From contig CAYSHM010000031.1 of NCBI GenBank assembly GCA_964430885.1, positions 1-28,514 on the forward strand: a DNA stretch of 28,514 nt. The letters run 5' to 3'. Below, one piece after another: positions 17,601-27,100 of the stretch; position 1 is the stretch's first letter, and each line of letters begins with the position of its first letter. Below the pieces are notes generated by a model. It searched no databases. It saw only the letters and a list, made by a program, of their open reading frames with translations, and was not told the origin of the DNA. Source of the DNA: an uncultured archaeon. Its GTDB lineage: Archaea; Thermoplasmatota; Penumbrarchaeia; JASLWR01. The position numbers and the translations under genes are program-made.

Positions 17601-20600
17601 ACTCCTCATGGTGATAGTATATTCCGCCCCCTGAAAATGAAGGGTCATGAATGAGAAAGTGATTGTTTTTGTTTCGTTTCGATCCAAACCTATAATGGTC
17701 TCGTATGAATTGAGATATGATGTTTCATTTTCTAATGTATATAGAACAGTGATGTTCAATGGAATATTTTCCCAATCATAGGTTCCTTCATTATGAAGGT
17801 CGATCTCAATCACGATCTCGTCACCCTGTCGATAGGTTTGGCGGTCCTCTGGATTTAGGGGTTCAATTACGATATCAGTATAATTCCATATGAGCACAGC
17901 ACCGAAAGAATGATTGTTTTCCTCTATGTAATCAATTTCCAATGAAGTGTAAAAGTGTACTACATAAGTTCCGTTAAATTCTGGGTTGAAGGACCAGCTA
18001 AATGTCAGTTCATCATCAGGAAGCAGTACGGAATTTAAAACAATAGTATCTTCCAGTTGATATTGCTGATTATCAATATTCTCGACTACAATATCAATCA
18101 CAATACTACTTTCTTTGAGATTCCCATCGTTCCCGACGGTAACATTGAACTCTGTGTTTTCACCGGAATGATATGGATACTTTGCTTTTATGGAGAAATC
18201 ATCCAGATAAAAACCAGCACCGTCTCCCTGAGCGCTGTGGTCTGAGATCAATACAAATCTGAACTGAAGGTCACCGAAATAATCTTTCAATTCCACAACT
18301 CGTCGGGTCCAGGTCTTTTCGGCATAGTTGAATACCTTAAGGACATGCCACGAATTGCCTCCGTCATCCGAGGTTTGGAATTCTACCTTATCATTACCTG
18401 CACTGCCCAGATCGAACCAGGTATAGAATATGGCTTTTGAACCCCATGTGATATCCTGAATAACGGGTGATTTCAGCCAGCAATTTGAGTCCGGTAGATA
18501 AGGGCCCATTATGTTGGTTCCCCAGACATTGTTGCCTGAAACAGCAGCTCCCGGTCCGAGGAACGGAAAATCTCGATCCCAATTATCATTGACTCCGCCA
18601 TGGGCCCACTGGCCGCCTAATCGTTCAAAATCGTCATAATAGACCTGGAATTCTTTTTGTTGGGATACCATGTCAACATCGATTATCGACAGATCATGAT
18701 AATCCAGTATACTGATCTTCTTGGTCACTACATTGTTGCTATGGGTTTCGTCATTTTCCAGAAGGGATTTGAAAATCACAAGATATTCTTTTTCCTGGGT
18801 AAAATTATGAGTATGTTGAATGGTATTCTGTTCCTGGTATGAAATGTTGAAACTGATATTATCATTATAGGAAAAGTCAATGCTCTCCGATACAAATCTA
18901 ACATCATCAAGGTATACACCAGGGTAATCTGAATCTATCCAATCGGATAACACATAGAAACCTATCTGAATTTCCTGCCCGACGTATTGAGAGAGGTTTA
19001 TCGTTTCAAGAATCCATCCCCCTGAAGTACCTGAATACCTCTGACCTATCTCAGTCCATGTAGCGTTGGCAGGATCATCAAGTGTGTGATTGTTAACCAC
19101 TACAACACAGTAGTCGGAGTAGTCCTGCATTGAATGATTGATCGCAAAGGATATATTCGCATGATAGCTATTATCCAGATCAATTGTTTGGTATAGTATT
19201 TCTCTCTGGTTTGATAAATAATTACCTGAGTTCTCTTTTCCAAACCACCAGCTTCCATTTCCTCCGAAGCTGTCAGGATGTGAACTGGTTTCATTAATAA
19301 GGTGCCATAATCCTTCTCCGAGCAGGCTCGTCGTTTCCCAATTTCCCATGCCATTTTCCATATTATCCCAGAGCAGATCCTGATAATTGCCGCTTGCCGA
19401 TCCTATTTTAAGGTTTATATCAAATGACTCGTTCCTTTCCCCTAGATTCTTAACCAGAGCTGAAACGGGGTGTTCACCTGTAGATATATGATTCTCTACC
19501 ATTATTCCCTCTGTTTGAGGGTTTTCAAGAGCGATATCATGCATATCTCTGATTGTTAGAATGTCGATTAGATAGTTATTTGCCGGTTGGTCATCATTTA
19601 TATTATCCACAGAGCAGTTCAGGGTATATTGCCCTTCAAGTTCAGGAGTAATGAGACTGAAGAGTACATTCTGTGATCCGCCCCGAGTAAATAATTGATT
19701 GAATCCCTTGGTTTCTGAGTGCACAGTTGAACCCGTAGAATTTATCAGCTTCAATGAAACGTTGTAATTGGTTATGTTCATGTTTCCCAAATTCTCAGCA
19801 TTGACCGTTATGTTCATAGGTAAGATGGATTTTATCGGACTTAAGGGTTCCAACTCAATACCTGCGCATTCCAGATCATAATAATTCCAGACCATTATGT
19901 TATCAGATGTATAGTTATTATCTGTTCCCTGGTTCTCGTCCTGTTCATGGACTGATACATTTATAGTATAGTTATGGGGTTCAGCAATTCCGGTGTTCCA
20001 ACCAGAAAAATCAACAAATGCTGAACTATCATGGGATAGGGTTTTCTCTTGAATATTTGAGAACACACTTTGGCTGCTTTCATCAGTTATGTTGATGGAA
20101 ACATTGAAGGTTTTTTCTACATTTCCAAGATTAGTAACCGTTGCATTCACAGTTACATCTTGTTGGCTATTAATGATCCTCTTTCCGCTTATCGGATCGA
20201 TTATGACATAATCAGCTCCAATATCATTCAGATCCACTGTAATATCAACGACGTTATCAACAGAAAAATTCATTTTTGTGAAATTATTAGTTGGAACCTC
20301 ATCCAGATTCCATGAATGAGAAACGTTAAATGTGAAAACCCCTTCGTGGGGCGGTATCCAATCCGGTTCGAACAATAGATTGTCAGTATCTCCAGGTACC
20401 GAGTTTATGGTTTGATCGGTGTCGTTATAATAATATCCCAGTCCATCCTTGATCTGAAGGTGTACGGGTACTGCGGCTGCGAACATATTCCCCACATTGC
20501 TGAGAACCCCCGTTATCTCCACATTTTCTCCCACCCCAATGGGTTCGTTCATGTTCAGTAGAATATCATCCACTGCCAGATCGAATAAATTTCTCACTTC

Positions 20601-22199
20601 TACTGTATAGTTGATAAAATCATTACTGGATATCATATCACCCTGGTAAAGGATGGAAACATTGATGTGATATACCCCGTTGGTGTTAATATTCCATGAT
20701 GGGGAATCGAAATCAACATAAACTGATCCTCCAGATTGGATCACCACGTTCTGAATCTCAGAAGAATAAACATTGTTGCTTCCCTCATCTGTTATATTGC
20801 ATAATGCCGTGAGGAATGCGGGATTAATACCGTAGTTCTTGATTGTCACATTGACAATATGGTTCCCTTTGGGCAGCACGCTGCCGGGCAAAGGGGAATT
20901 GATTGAATTTATACCTGCATCGTTATTGACTGCTTTTCTCTCATGTACATACAATACCGTACCTGTGGGATCTTCGGAACATCCAATGATTATTTCATCC
21001 TTGGAATCGAAATCGAATTCACCTGTGGCTAAGGTAAGAGGAGTTTGATCGGGTGCCCCAATGAAATCATTGACCAGAACTCTATTGTTATAGCTGTCGA
21101 ATGAAAGCAGGTCATTACCTTTGAACTCAAGATCATAGACCGAGTTATTATTGCTGGTAGCTAGATAGATATCTGTTTTACCATCACTGTCAATATCGCC
21201 TATTTCCATATCCCATATTTCCAACTCGCCATAAGAGGTGAGGAAAGTGCTAGTTAAATTTACAGCATCATCAGGTGTTGTCAATATTTTCAGATTCCCT
21301 TTATTGTCACACAGGAAAACTTCGGCTTTGCCGTCCTTGTTCAGATCTGCAGCTTCCATATCCAGAGGTAGAACTGCCATATCTTCCGAGAGCTGCAAAG
21401 GCTCGTTGAGTACGAATGAATACTCGTTTGCTCTTTCAGATTCGAAAACATATATTGAACTATAATTGAATTCTCCTACGATAAGGTCCTCATTTTCATT
21501 GAAATCAAGTAAACCATCCAGATCACCCATTGTCATGGAATGGATAGAGTGATCGGTTTCATAGACGAACTCTTCTATGAACTGATAGGTGAAATCAAAA
21601 TGATAGATAATAATTCCTTTCTCCCAACCAACTATCAATTCTCTTATTCCGTCCATATCCATATCGTCGATCAGGATGTCATAGATGGGTTCGCCCAGAT
21701 TGGTCGAATTGGCCAAGGTGTAATTGTCATTGCCTACAACTCCATCATTTTCAAATATCACCAGGTTTCCGTCTCCGCAAGCAAGAATTATATCCTGTCT
21801 TCCATCAAAATTGACGTCACCCACATCAATGTCCAGTATGGAAGCAGACTGAGAATAGTTCGAGTATTTTTCAGTAAATCTATTGTCAATACCCGTGGAC
21901 TCGTAGATGTAGAACCAACCTTCAGAATCGCCAACGATAAATTCGCCAATACCATCTCCATCTAGATCCTGCTGATGGGTTGTGGTAGCAACACATCGGG
22001 GTTCACTTTTTATACTGCTGTTAGTGTCTGTTTTATTCGTCCATATCCTGGTAACGATATTATCTGCGTCAACATCACCCGTGGGAGACCAGGACCCATC
22101 AATTGGTACTATGAACAATCCAACAGGCGCTATTGTGGAGAAAACCATCATCAAGATTATCACTATGGATGCTTTGGTAGTATAAGACCTACTGTGCAT
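14700..22199 (-). CDS. 2499-aa type I membrane surface protein: 7 FG-GAP-like repeats, CARDB/Ig repeats, two jelly-roll domains, carboxypeptidase-regulatory-like and Big_5-like domains, TM helix, highly acidic tail
   Basis: Signal peptide; DLDGDG, DVNFDG, DMDMDG, DLDG, DLNKDG, DIDSDG and EFDFDS Ca-binding loops; repeated D...V.N.G...D....NN CARDB units; TM LVLITLIILIIVMLILAFIVFWLFF-RKK; ~185-aa D/E-rich tail; AAGGTGA SD. Confidence 0.88.
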   Translation of the reverse strand: MHSRSYTTKASIVIILMMVFSTIAPVGLFIVPIDGSWSPTGDVDADNIVTRIWTNKTDTNSSIKSEPRCVATTTHQQDLDGDGIGEFIVGDSEGWFYIYESTGIDNRFTEKYSNYSQSASILDIDVGDVNFDGRQDIILACGDGNLVIFENDGVVGNDNYTLANSTNLGEPIYDILIDDMDMDGIRELIVGWEKGIIIYHFDFTYQFIEEFVYETDHSIHSMTMGDLDGLLDFNENEDLIVGEFNYSSIYVFESERANEYSFVLNEPLQLSEDMAVLPLDMEAADLNKDGKAEVFLCDNKGNLKILTTPDDAVNLTSTFLTSYGELEIWDMEIGDIDSDGKTDIYLATSNNNSVYDLEFKGNDLLSFDSYNNRVLVNDFIGAPDQTPLTLATGEFDFDSKDEIIIGCSEDPTGTVLYVHERKAVNNDAGINSINSPLPGSVLPKGNHIVNVTIKNYGINPAFLTALCNITDEGSNNVYSSEIQNVVIQSGGSVYVDFDSPSWNINTNGVYHINVSILYQGDMISSNDFINYTVEVRNLFDLAVDDILLNMNEPIGVGENVEITGVLSNVGNMFAAAVPVHLQIKDGLGYYYNDTDQTINSVPGDTDNLLFEPDWIPPHEGVFTFNVSHSWNLDEVPTNNFTKMNFSVDNVVDITVDLNDIGADYVIIDPISGKRIINSQQDVTVNATVTNLGNVEKTFNVSINITDESSQSVFSNIQEKTLSHDSSAFVDFSGWNTGIAEPHNYTINVSVHEQDENQGTDNNYTSDNIMVWNYYDLECAGIELEPLSPIKSILPMNITVNAENLGNMNITNYNVSLKLINSTGSTVHSETKGFNQLFTRGGSQNVLFSLITPELEGQYTLNCSVDNINDDQPANNYLIDILTIRDMHDIALENPQTEGIMVENHISTGEHPVSALVKNLGERNESFDINLKIGSASGNYQDLLWDNMENGMGNWETTSLLGEGLWHLINETSSHPDSFGGNGSWWFGKENSGNYLSNQREILYQTIDLDNSYHANISFAINHSMQDYSDYCVVVVNNHTLDDPANATWTEIGQRYSGTSGGWILETINLSQYVGQEIQIGFYVLSDWIDSDYPGVYLDDVRFVSESIDFSYNDNISFNISYQEQNTIQHTHNFTQEKEYLVIFKSLLENDETHSNNVVTKKISILDYHDLSIIDVDMVSQQKEFQVYYDDFERLGGQWAHGGVNDNWDRDFPFLGPGAAVSGNNVWGTNIMGPYLPDSNCWLKSPVIQDITWGSKAIFYTWFDLGSAGNDKVEFQTSDDGGNSWHVLKVFNYAEKTWTRRVVELKDYFGDLQFRFVLISDHSAQGDGAGFYLDDFSIKAKYPYHSGENTEFNVTVGNDGNLKESSIVIDIVVENIDNQQYQLEDTIVLNSVLLPDDELTFSWSFNPEFNGTYVVHFYTSLEIDYIEENNHSFGAVLIWNYTDIVIEPLNPEDRQTYRQGDEIVIEIDLHNEGTYDWENIPLNITVLYTLENETSYLNSYETIIGLDRNETKTITFSFMTLHFQGAEYTITMRSDVPLYMDMDMSSNNITMTVYGLNLDALPAVFGYVYSDLDGTAISNASLDIRFNSGAQVNTQTNPGGFFNFPVISGGRVNISVSKARFKSTYKNIILVANENRRVDFYMELDNHPPAVSINNYPSFVIWQDEIYIDVDFIDPEESYQLLEFEFVSNLSGPIQLDQTLDMNTNVIMLDTAQLSIGNHRIYLNVSDPYTTTSAYFDLNVYLPTIQVIDHGPVHIRSLFGGSGQFTLDVDTENTRAWENISDGMVFIEIMLQLNLTGEGRAIWTEVWFEFDPGFFPPGTYDDDLVIYFRGINNNYWGQITETLLDRGNGMVGINISDPNPTGQFAPLIVLDNIKPTILETYPDDRELDMDIDINYTVIFSEIINNGTIESGISIIDSNENRISFDFLIENNISQRRSILYLLFINGLEYNEEYQVIIDYDLTDLAGNRISNISFEFTTMGKPITTGRIVFQVKNATDDPLKGFFIDVGNLPTGYTGSNGKEYFENVPPGKYKMTVYGNTFEGITYLEWSDDVTVEIGETVYVYAILAEYMPPPTWGVLAGNVTDEAGTPIPYANIMITNMTYVYIGNNSTLKDNYAQYEDFNETTIIVFEDFKTVQTDDKGSFYYPLEAGKYRVRFKAAGYNTKEIRSNISQGASVNWTNISLVKSPITGKLSITVKDSADNYLEDVIVVLKNPKTEKTRFDNPEYDEVLKTYTFNDLPEGVYILEISMDGYESNTSTIWVSKGENVLGPYVLWSNQEVNPDRIENENNNLVLITLIILIIVMLILAFIVFWLFFRKKEEEEDELDKEEEKMEEGDDKEDAEEDTDKEEKEEEDEDDSEVGEAAVVEEEIDEEEVVDKDDTADTDDSEDDGGKEIDEGYEEPSMGMEEEEEEVEEEDIEDIDIDEDELANLDLDIGIEDLDSMVSDILGDGTDDTSAPEEEMESEGEPVDDDEIEEDDDIDLDGIEMPSIEDIEKELEGL

Positions 22200-22501
22200 G
22201 AATTCACCTTACTTCTTTTTATTAGCATACAATACCGTGTAGCCAGTAGTATTTGCATTGTAATATGCTGTTTTGCTATATGGGATTATTCCGAAACAAT
22301 GAACATATTTCCTAGTTCATTGGAAAAGCCCCTTGAAAAGAGCTGGTATGACCTCAAATAGCATAGTTATATCATAATGCTACACATTACTTATCTATAA
22401 TAAATATTCGCCAAGTTTCTATTCAGTTGGTCATAATGTTTTTAACTAAAAATATGGCCACCAGGCTTATAAGAAAAATAAATGGATATCATGTATAATG
22501 A

Positions 22502-22509
22502 TTTAAATA
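22502..22509 (+). promoter_or_regulatory. Putative TATA box for purA
   Basis: TTTAAATA about 53 nt upstream of the TTG start; GAGGGG SD just before the start. Confidence 0.45.
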
Positions 22510-22561
22510 CTCCGAGAAATATGGGTCTGACTGTTATTATTTCAAATCGAGGGGAACACAA

Positions 22562-23854
22562 TTGAGCGTAACTGTAGTGGTCGGTGCCCAATGGGGTGAT
22601 GAAGGCAAAGGAAAGATAGTAGATTATCTTACAGAAAAAAATGATATTGTGGTAAGGTTTCAGGGTGGGAATAACGCAGGACATACAATTGTTATCGATG
22701 GAGCGGTACATAAATTCCACATAATTCCATCAGGTGTGTTCCATAAGAATAAAACACTGATTATTGGAAATGGAACAGTCCTAGATCTGGATGTATTGCT
22801 GGAGGAAATGGATAAGGTTGGAAGAGCAGGGATTTCCAACTTGAACCTTTTCATATCCGATAGGGCGAATATTATAATGCCATATCATCGCGTTCTTGAT
22901 GGCATAGGCGAGGTGAGATTGGGCAGTAAAAAAATTGGGACCACGGGAAGAGGAATTGGCCCCGCTTATTCATGTAAAATAGCCCGATATGGTATTCGAA
23001 TGTGCGACTTGATGGATCCTTCCACTCTGAAGAATAAGATAGAGAGAGGTCTTTCCTGGGCTGAACCTGTTCTGAATGAATCAGGATACGAGGACGATGG
23101 ATCATTAAATGTCCAAAGGATTTTTGAAAAATATATTTCCTTTTCACAGAAACTCCGTGAAAGAATCAAGAATATATCTGTTATTATCCATGAAGAATTG
23201 AAACATGGGAAGAACATATTGTTTGAAGGAGCTCAGGGAATCCTTCTTGATGTTGATTTCGGCACCTATCCGTATGTAACCTCGTCCCATACTGTTTCGG
23301 GAGGGGTTCCCATTGGTGCAGGGGTAGGCCCAACAAATATAGATGCTGTTATTGGGGTGACAAAAGCCTATACCACAAGGGTTGGAGAGGGGCCTTTCCC
23401 TACAGAGCTTGATGATGATGTTGCTCGAAGGCTTTTTGAGGTCGGTAAAGAGGTTGGAACCACAACGGGAAGGAGCAGAAGATGTGGCTGGCTGGATTTG
23501 GTGGCTTTAAAACATGCTGTCATAGTCGGAGGGATAACTGAATTGGCACTCACAAAAGTCGATGTCCTAAATAATTTCTCGAAAATTGAAGTTTGTACAA
23601 AATATGAATCTGATGGTATCTTAGGGGATACATTCCCGGCCGCTGTTAATAAATTGGACAAATGCAAACCGGTTTATGAATCCTTTGAAGGGTGGGATCT
23701 GACCGACATAATCAGAGCCGAGATTAAAAGAAAAGGCCGATCTGCTTTTCCTCAGGAAATGGATAATTTTATTTCATTTATAGAACGCTACCTTGAAGTG
23801 CCGGTTTCAATTCTATCATTCGGTCCTGACAGAAAAGATACTGCTTTTCTGTAA
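22562..23854 (+). CDS. purA: Adenylosuccinate synthetase (long, ~430-aa form)
   Basis: GAQWGDEGKGK, GGNNAGHT, IGTTGRGIGPAY, FEGAQG.LLD.DFGTYPYVTSS, KAYTTRVGEGPFPTE, GTTTGR.RRCGWLD, TKVDVL. Confidence 0.98.
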   Translation: MSVTVVVGAQWGDEGKGKIVDYLTEKNDIVVRFQGGNNAGHTIVIDGAVHKFHIIPSGVFHKNKTLIIGNGTVLDLDVLLEEMDKVGRAGISNLNLFISDRANIIMPYHRVLDGIGEVRLGSKKIGTTGRGIGPAYSCKIARYGIRMCDLMDPSTLKNKIERGLSWAEPVLNESGYEDDGSLNVQRIFEKYISFSQKLRERIKNISVIIHEELKHGKNILFEGAQGILLDVDFGTYPYVTSSHTVSGGVPIGAGVGPTNIDAVIGVTKAYTTRVGEGPFPTELDDDVARRLFEVGKEVGTTTGRSRRCGWLDLVALKHAVIVGGITELALTKVDVLNNFSKIEVCTKYESDGILGDTFPAAVNKLDKCKPVYESFEGWDLTDIIRAEIKRKGRSAFPQEMDNFISFIERYLEVPVSILSFGPDRKDTAFL

Positions 23855-24193
23855 ACAGCACCCTTGTTGGGTGTTATTGCACGTAAACCAATGTCAGATA
23901 CAATGTCCGAGTCATTATTAGGGCGAATGGGAACTAGTTTACATGTCACCAGGAAACAAGTGGTTTACATATAAGAAGAATTGTTCCAATTATTGAAAAG
24001 ATCGAAGTATAGGTCTCCATTAGTTTAAATTGAAATAATATGGTATTGAACCCAAATATTTATAGGGGATTTTTTCACTAAGGCATTATATTATAAAATT
24101 GTACGATAACATGAAATGAATGCAGTATAATCGATGGGCAGTATTCAATCTATATTGTTATTACATGAATATTTTCCCATAGATAATTATTAA

Positions 24194-27100
24194 ATGGGGA
24201 TTGATCGAATGAGAGCCAAACCCTTGGAAAATGATGCCCGTAGCGGGCTGATAATATTAATGATCGTCATTATTTCCATTTTAATAGTGCCTTTTGGCGG
24301 AACAAAGTTGGGAAGGTCCGTTGAAAAAGATATGTCAGCGAAGATTCAAGATCCTTCTTTCATTGATGCTTCCCAAAATGTTCCTGGTCGGACACGTTTT
24401 GCCAAAACCTTCATCGAGGATTTCAATACCGTTGACTACATTGACGGCAGATATACCACTGGAGCAGTCAAAGTGGATAGGGGAGTGGCAGATATGTGGG
24501 CCGAACCCATAATCAATGGGGATTTCGAAGAGGGTGACTTCACAGGTTGGACCCTTCATAGAGTGCAGGGCGGCTCAAATCCGACTAATTGCGAGATAAG
24601 ATCCGGAAGCCCCGATTCCCCGGGTAATTATTACCTGTATTTCTATAGCAATTATCAGTACGGCTGCCATTTCAAGGTCATATCCGAACCGTTCCTGGCT
24701 ACTGCCAACTATCTCCACTATTGGTTTGATGGATATGATGATGATGAATATGGATATGGCTTTCAGATTTTTGAGGAAGGCAATGAGAATAATTATCATT
24801 TCTTCGAGGACAGATATGCCTTGACCTGGGGTGGTGCTGGGGACGGTAACAACGGAGGGGCCAGCGGTCAGAGGACCAAGGCTATTCCTGGTTCACTTCA
24901 GGGAAGACAGTGCAGATTGGCCATATGGCTTGGCGAGGGAGGGTCTGGAGATTGGGGCAGGATGCATATGGATAATATATGGCTTTCGGATTCTCAGGGC
25001 AATCCCATATCGATGAATGCTGAAACAGGAGGCAATATGAAATACATTCAATCTCGGCCCTTGATCAATACTTGGAAATCAGTAGGAGCAGCGAGATTGA
25101 CCTACTATGAATATACTCCTGCTGGCACTGATATCACTTATAACATTACGGTTGACGGCGAGAACTGGTTCAATGTGATCAATGGTTCAATAATACTTTT
25201 TGAAGATATCGCTTCCCAACTGATATGGAACGCTACTCTGACAACTTCGCATCTCGACATATCGCCTTATATTGATAAGATTGTTGTTGATTACGATTAC
25301 GTTAGCGACCCAGAACCTTACACTCCCTCATCTAAGCATTGGGTAGGTTCCTCCAATCCCAAATTGAGATGGAATTTCACAGATCCGGATATAGGTGACG
25401 AGCAATCCCATTATTATGTCGAAGTTTTCAAGGATCCATGGATGAATCAGATGGTATATAACACGACATGGGTCGAATCCGAGACTGCAGAACATACCGT
25501 AACTGAATCTCAGGATGACGGGATATATTATTGGAGGGTCCGGACAAAGGATGTTTACAATGCCCATTCGAATTTCTCTGTTCTGAAGAAGATCATGGTA
25601 GATGCAACCCAGCCCATTGGCAATATTACAATTGAGGATGGGGCGGTGAGTGTCAATGATCAGCTTGTCAATATAGATCTTTATGCAGAGGATCACGGCT
25701 CGGGAATGGATAAGATGCAGATCATCAGTGATACCGGTGTTGCACAGCAGTGGGAACCCTACAAGACCGAAAAAAGGATTGCCCTGTCTCCAACTGACGG
25801 CCTCAAGACTGTGGGAGTAAGATTTAGAGATCATGCCGGAATAATATCCGAGATATTCAATGACACCATTTATTTGGATTATAGAGGCCCAGGTGATATC
25901 AATATTTCCTCCCTTACTCATCCTGATCCCGAACGGTATTTCAGTAACACGGAACCGGTTTTCCAATGGGAAAAACCCATGGAGATTACAGGAATAAAAG
26001 GTTATTCATATCTGGTTGATAATGCCCCCACTTCGGAACCCGACAAAGAGGAAATAATTACCAACAGCGGCAGTATGAATTCCACCATACCGGGTGAATT
26101 TACAGGTCTGAATGACGGTATTTGGTATTTCCACATTATCGCCTGCGATATATATGATCAGTGGAGCAATGCTTCCCACTTTCAATTCAATATTGATTCC
26201 ACAATACCGATTTATACCAACCTCCTCCCTTCAAAGACCCAGTGGTTCAAGAGCAAGAATGTAGAGTGCAGTATTGAATTTGAGGATAAGGGCGGATTCG
26301 GATTGGATCTAGACACAATAGAATATAAGTACAAGAGGAACAACGATACAGATTTTTCTTCCTGGATGAGCGATAAAATTGAGATCGACATTCTGAAGAA
26401 TGGAATTAAGCAGAATCCAGCCAAGGTGAGTTTCTCGGTAATCCTTCCCTTTCAAGAAGGCAGCGGCAACAGGATAAAATGGAGGATCAACGACATTTCT
26501 GGTAATGGCCCTCTAGAGAGCGATGAAGGCCATGTAAATGTGGATTTGACCCCGCCTAATTTCTCAGATCCTTCACCTTCTGGGGATGCCTACTCTAATC
26601 GGGAAACCGTGAACTGCAAGATATTGATACAGGATATTGGAAGCGGAGTTGCAGGCGATAGTATACAGTATTCCTTGTCATTTGCCGGTATTGATGAAGC
26701 GAATTTCGGAAATTGGACCAACGTGAATTCAACAGACGATTCCGAGCAGATAGAAGTAGACTTGAACATCCGTTTCAGTCCAGGGAAAGATAACTACATA
26801 AAATGGAGAGCTAAGGACAGAGTAAGGAATCCATATTCCGAATCAGAACCGATTTTGGTTTGGGTGAATTCTCCACCTGTACCCATTATCAGGAGTCCTT
26901 TGTCTGTAGTTGTCAATAAGGAGTTCAAATTGGATTCAAATGGGACTTTTGACAATGAAGGAGATGAACTCAGTTATACCTGGAAGATCAAGAACCGAAC
27001 AACCAAGGAGCTTCTGTTCGAGGATGATGGTCCATCCATTACATATTCTTTTTCGGAGCCCGGAGATTATATCATTTATCTCATAGTGGATGACGGTAAG

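Noticed and set aside
22562-23854. Long bacterial-type PurA as evidence of recent horizontal transfer
   Set aside because: The long form occurs natively in several euryarchaeal lineages; there is no obvious compositional break or mobility gene.
23891-23974. 27-codon ORF MSDTMSESLLGRMGTSLHVTRKQVVYI after purA
   Set aside because: No SD, no recognisable motif, and a length compatible with chance.
25328-25966. 212-aa minus-strand ORF and other short antisense ORFs in the track
   Set aside because: They lie within well-supported genes on the opposite strand or in another frame and show no domain-like features.
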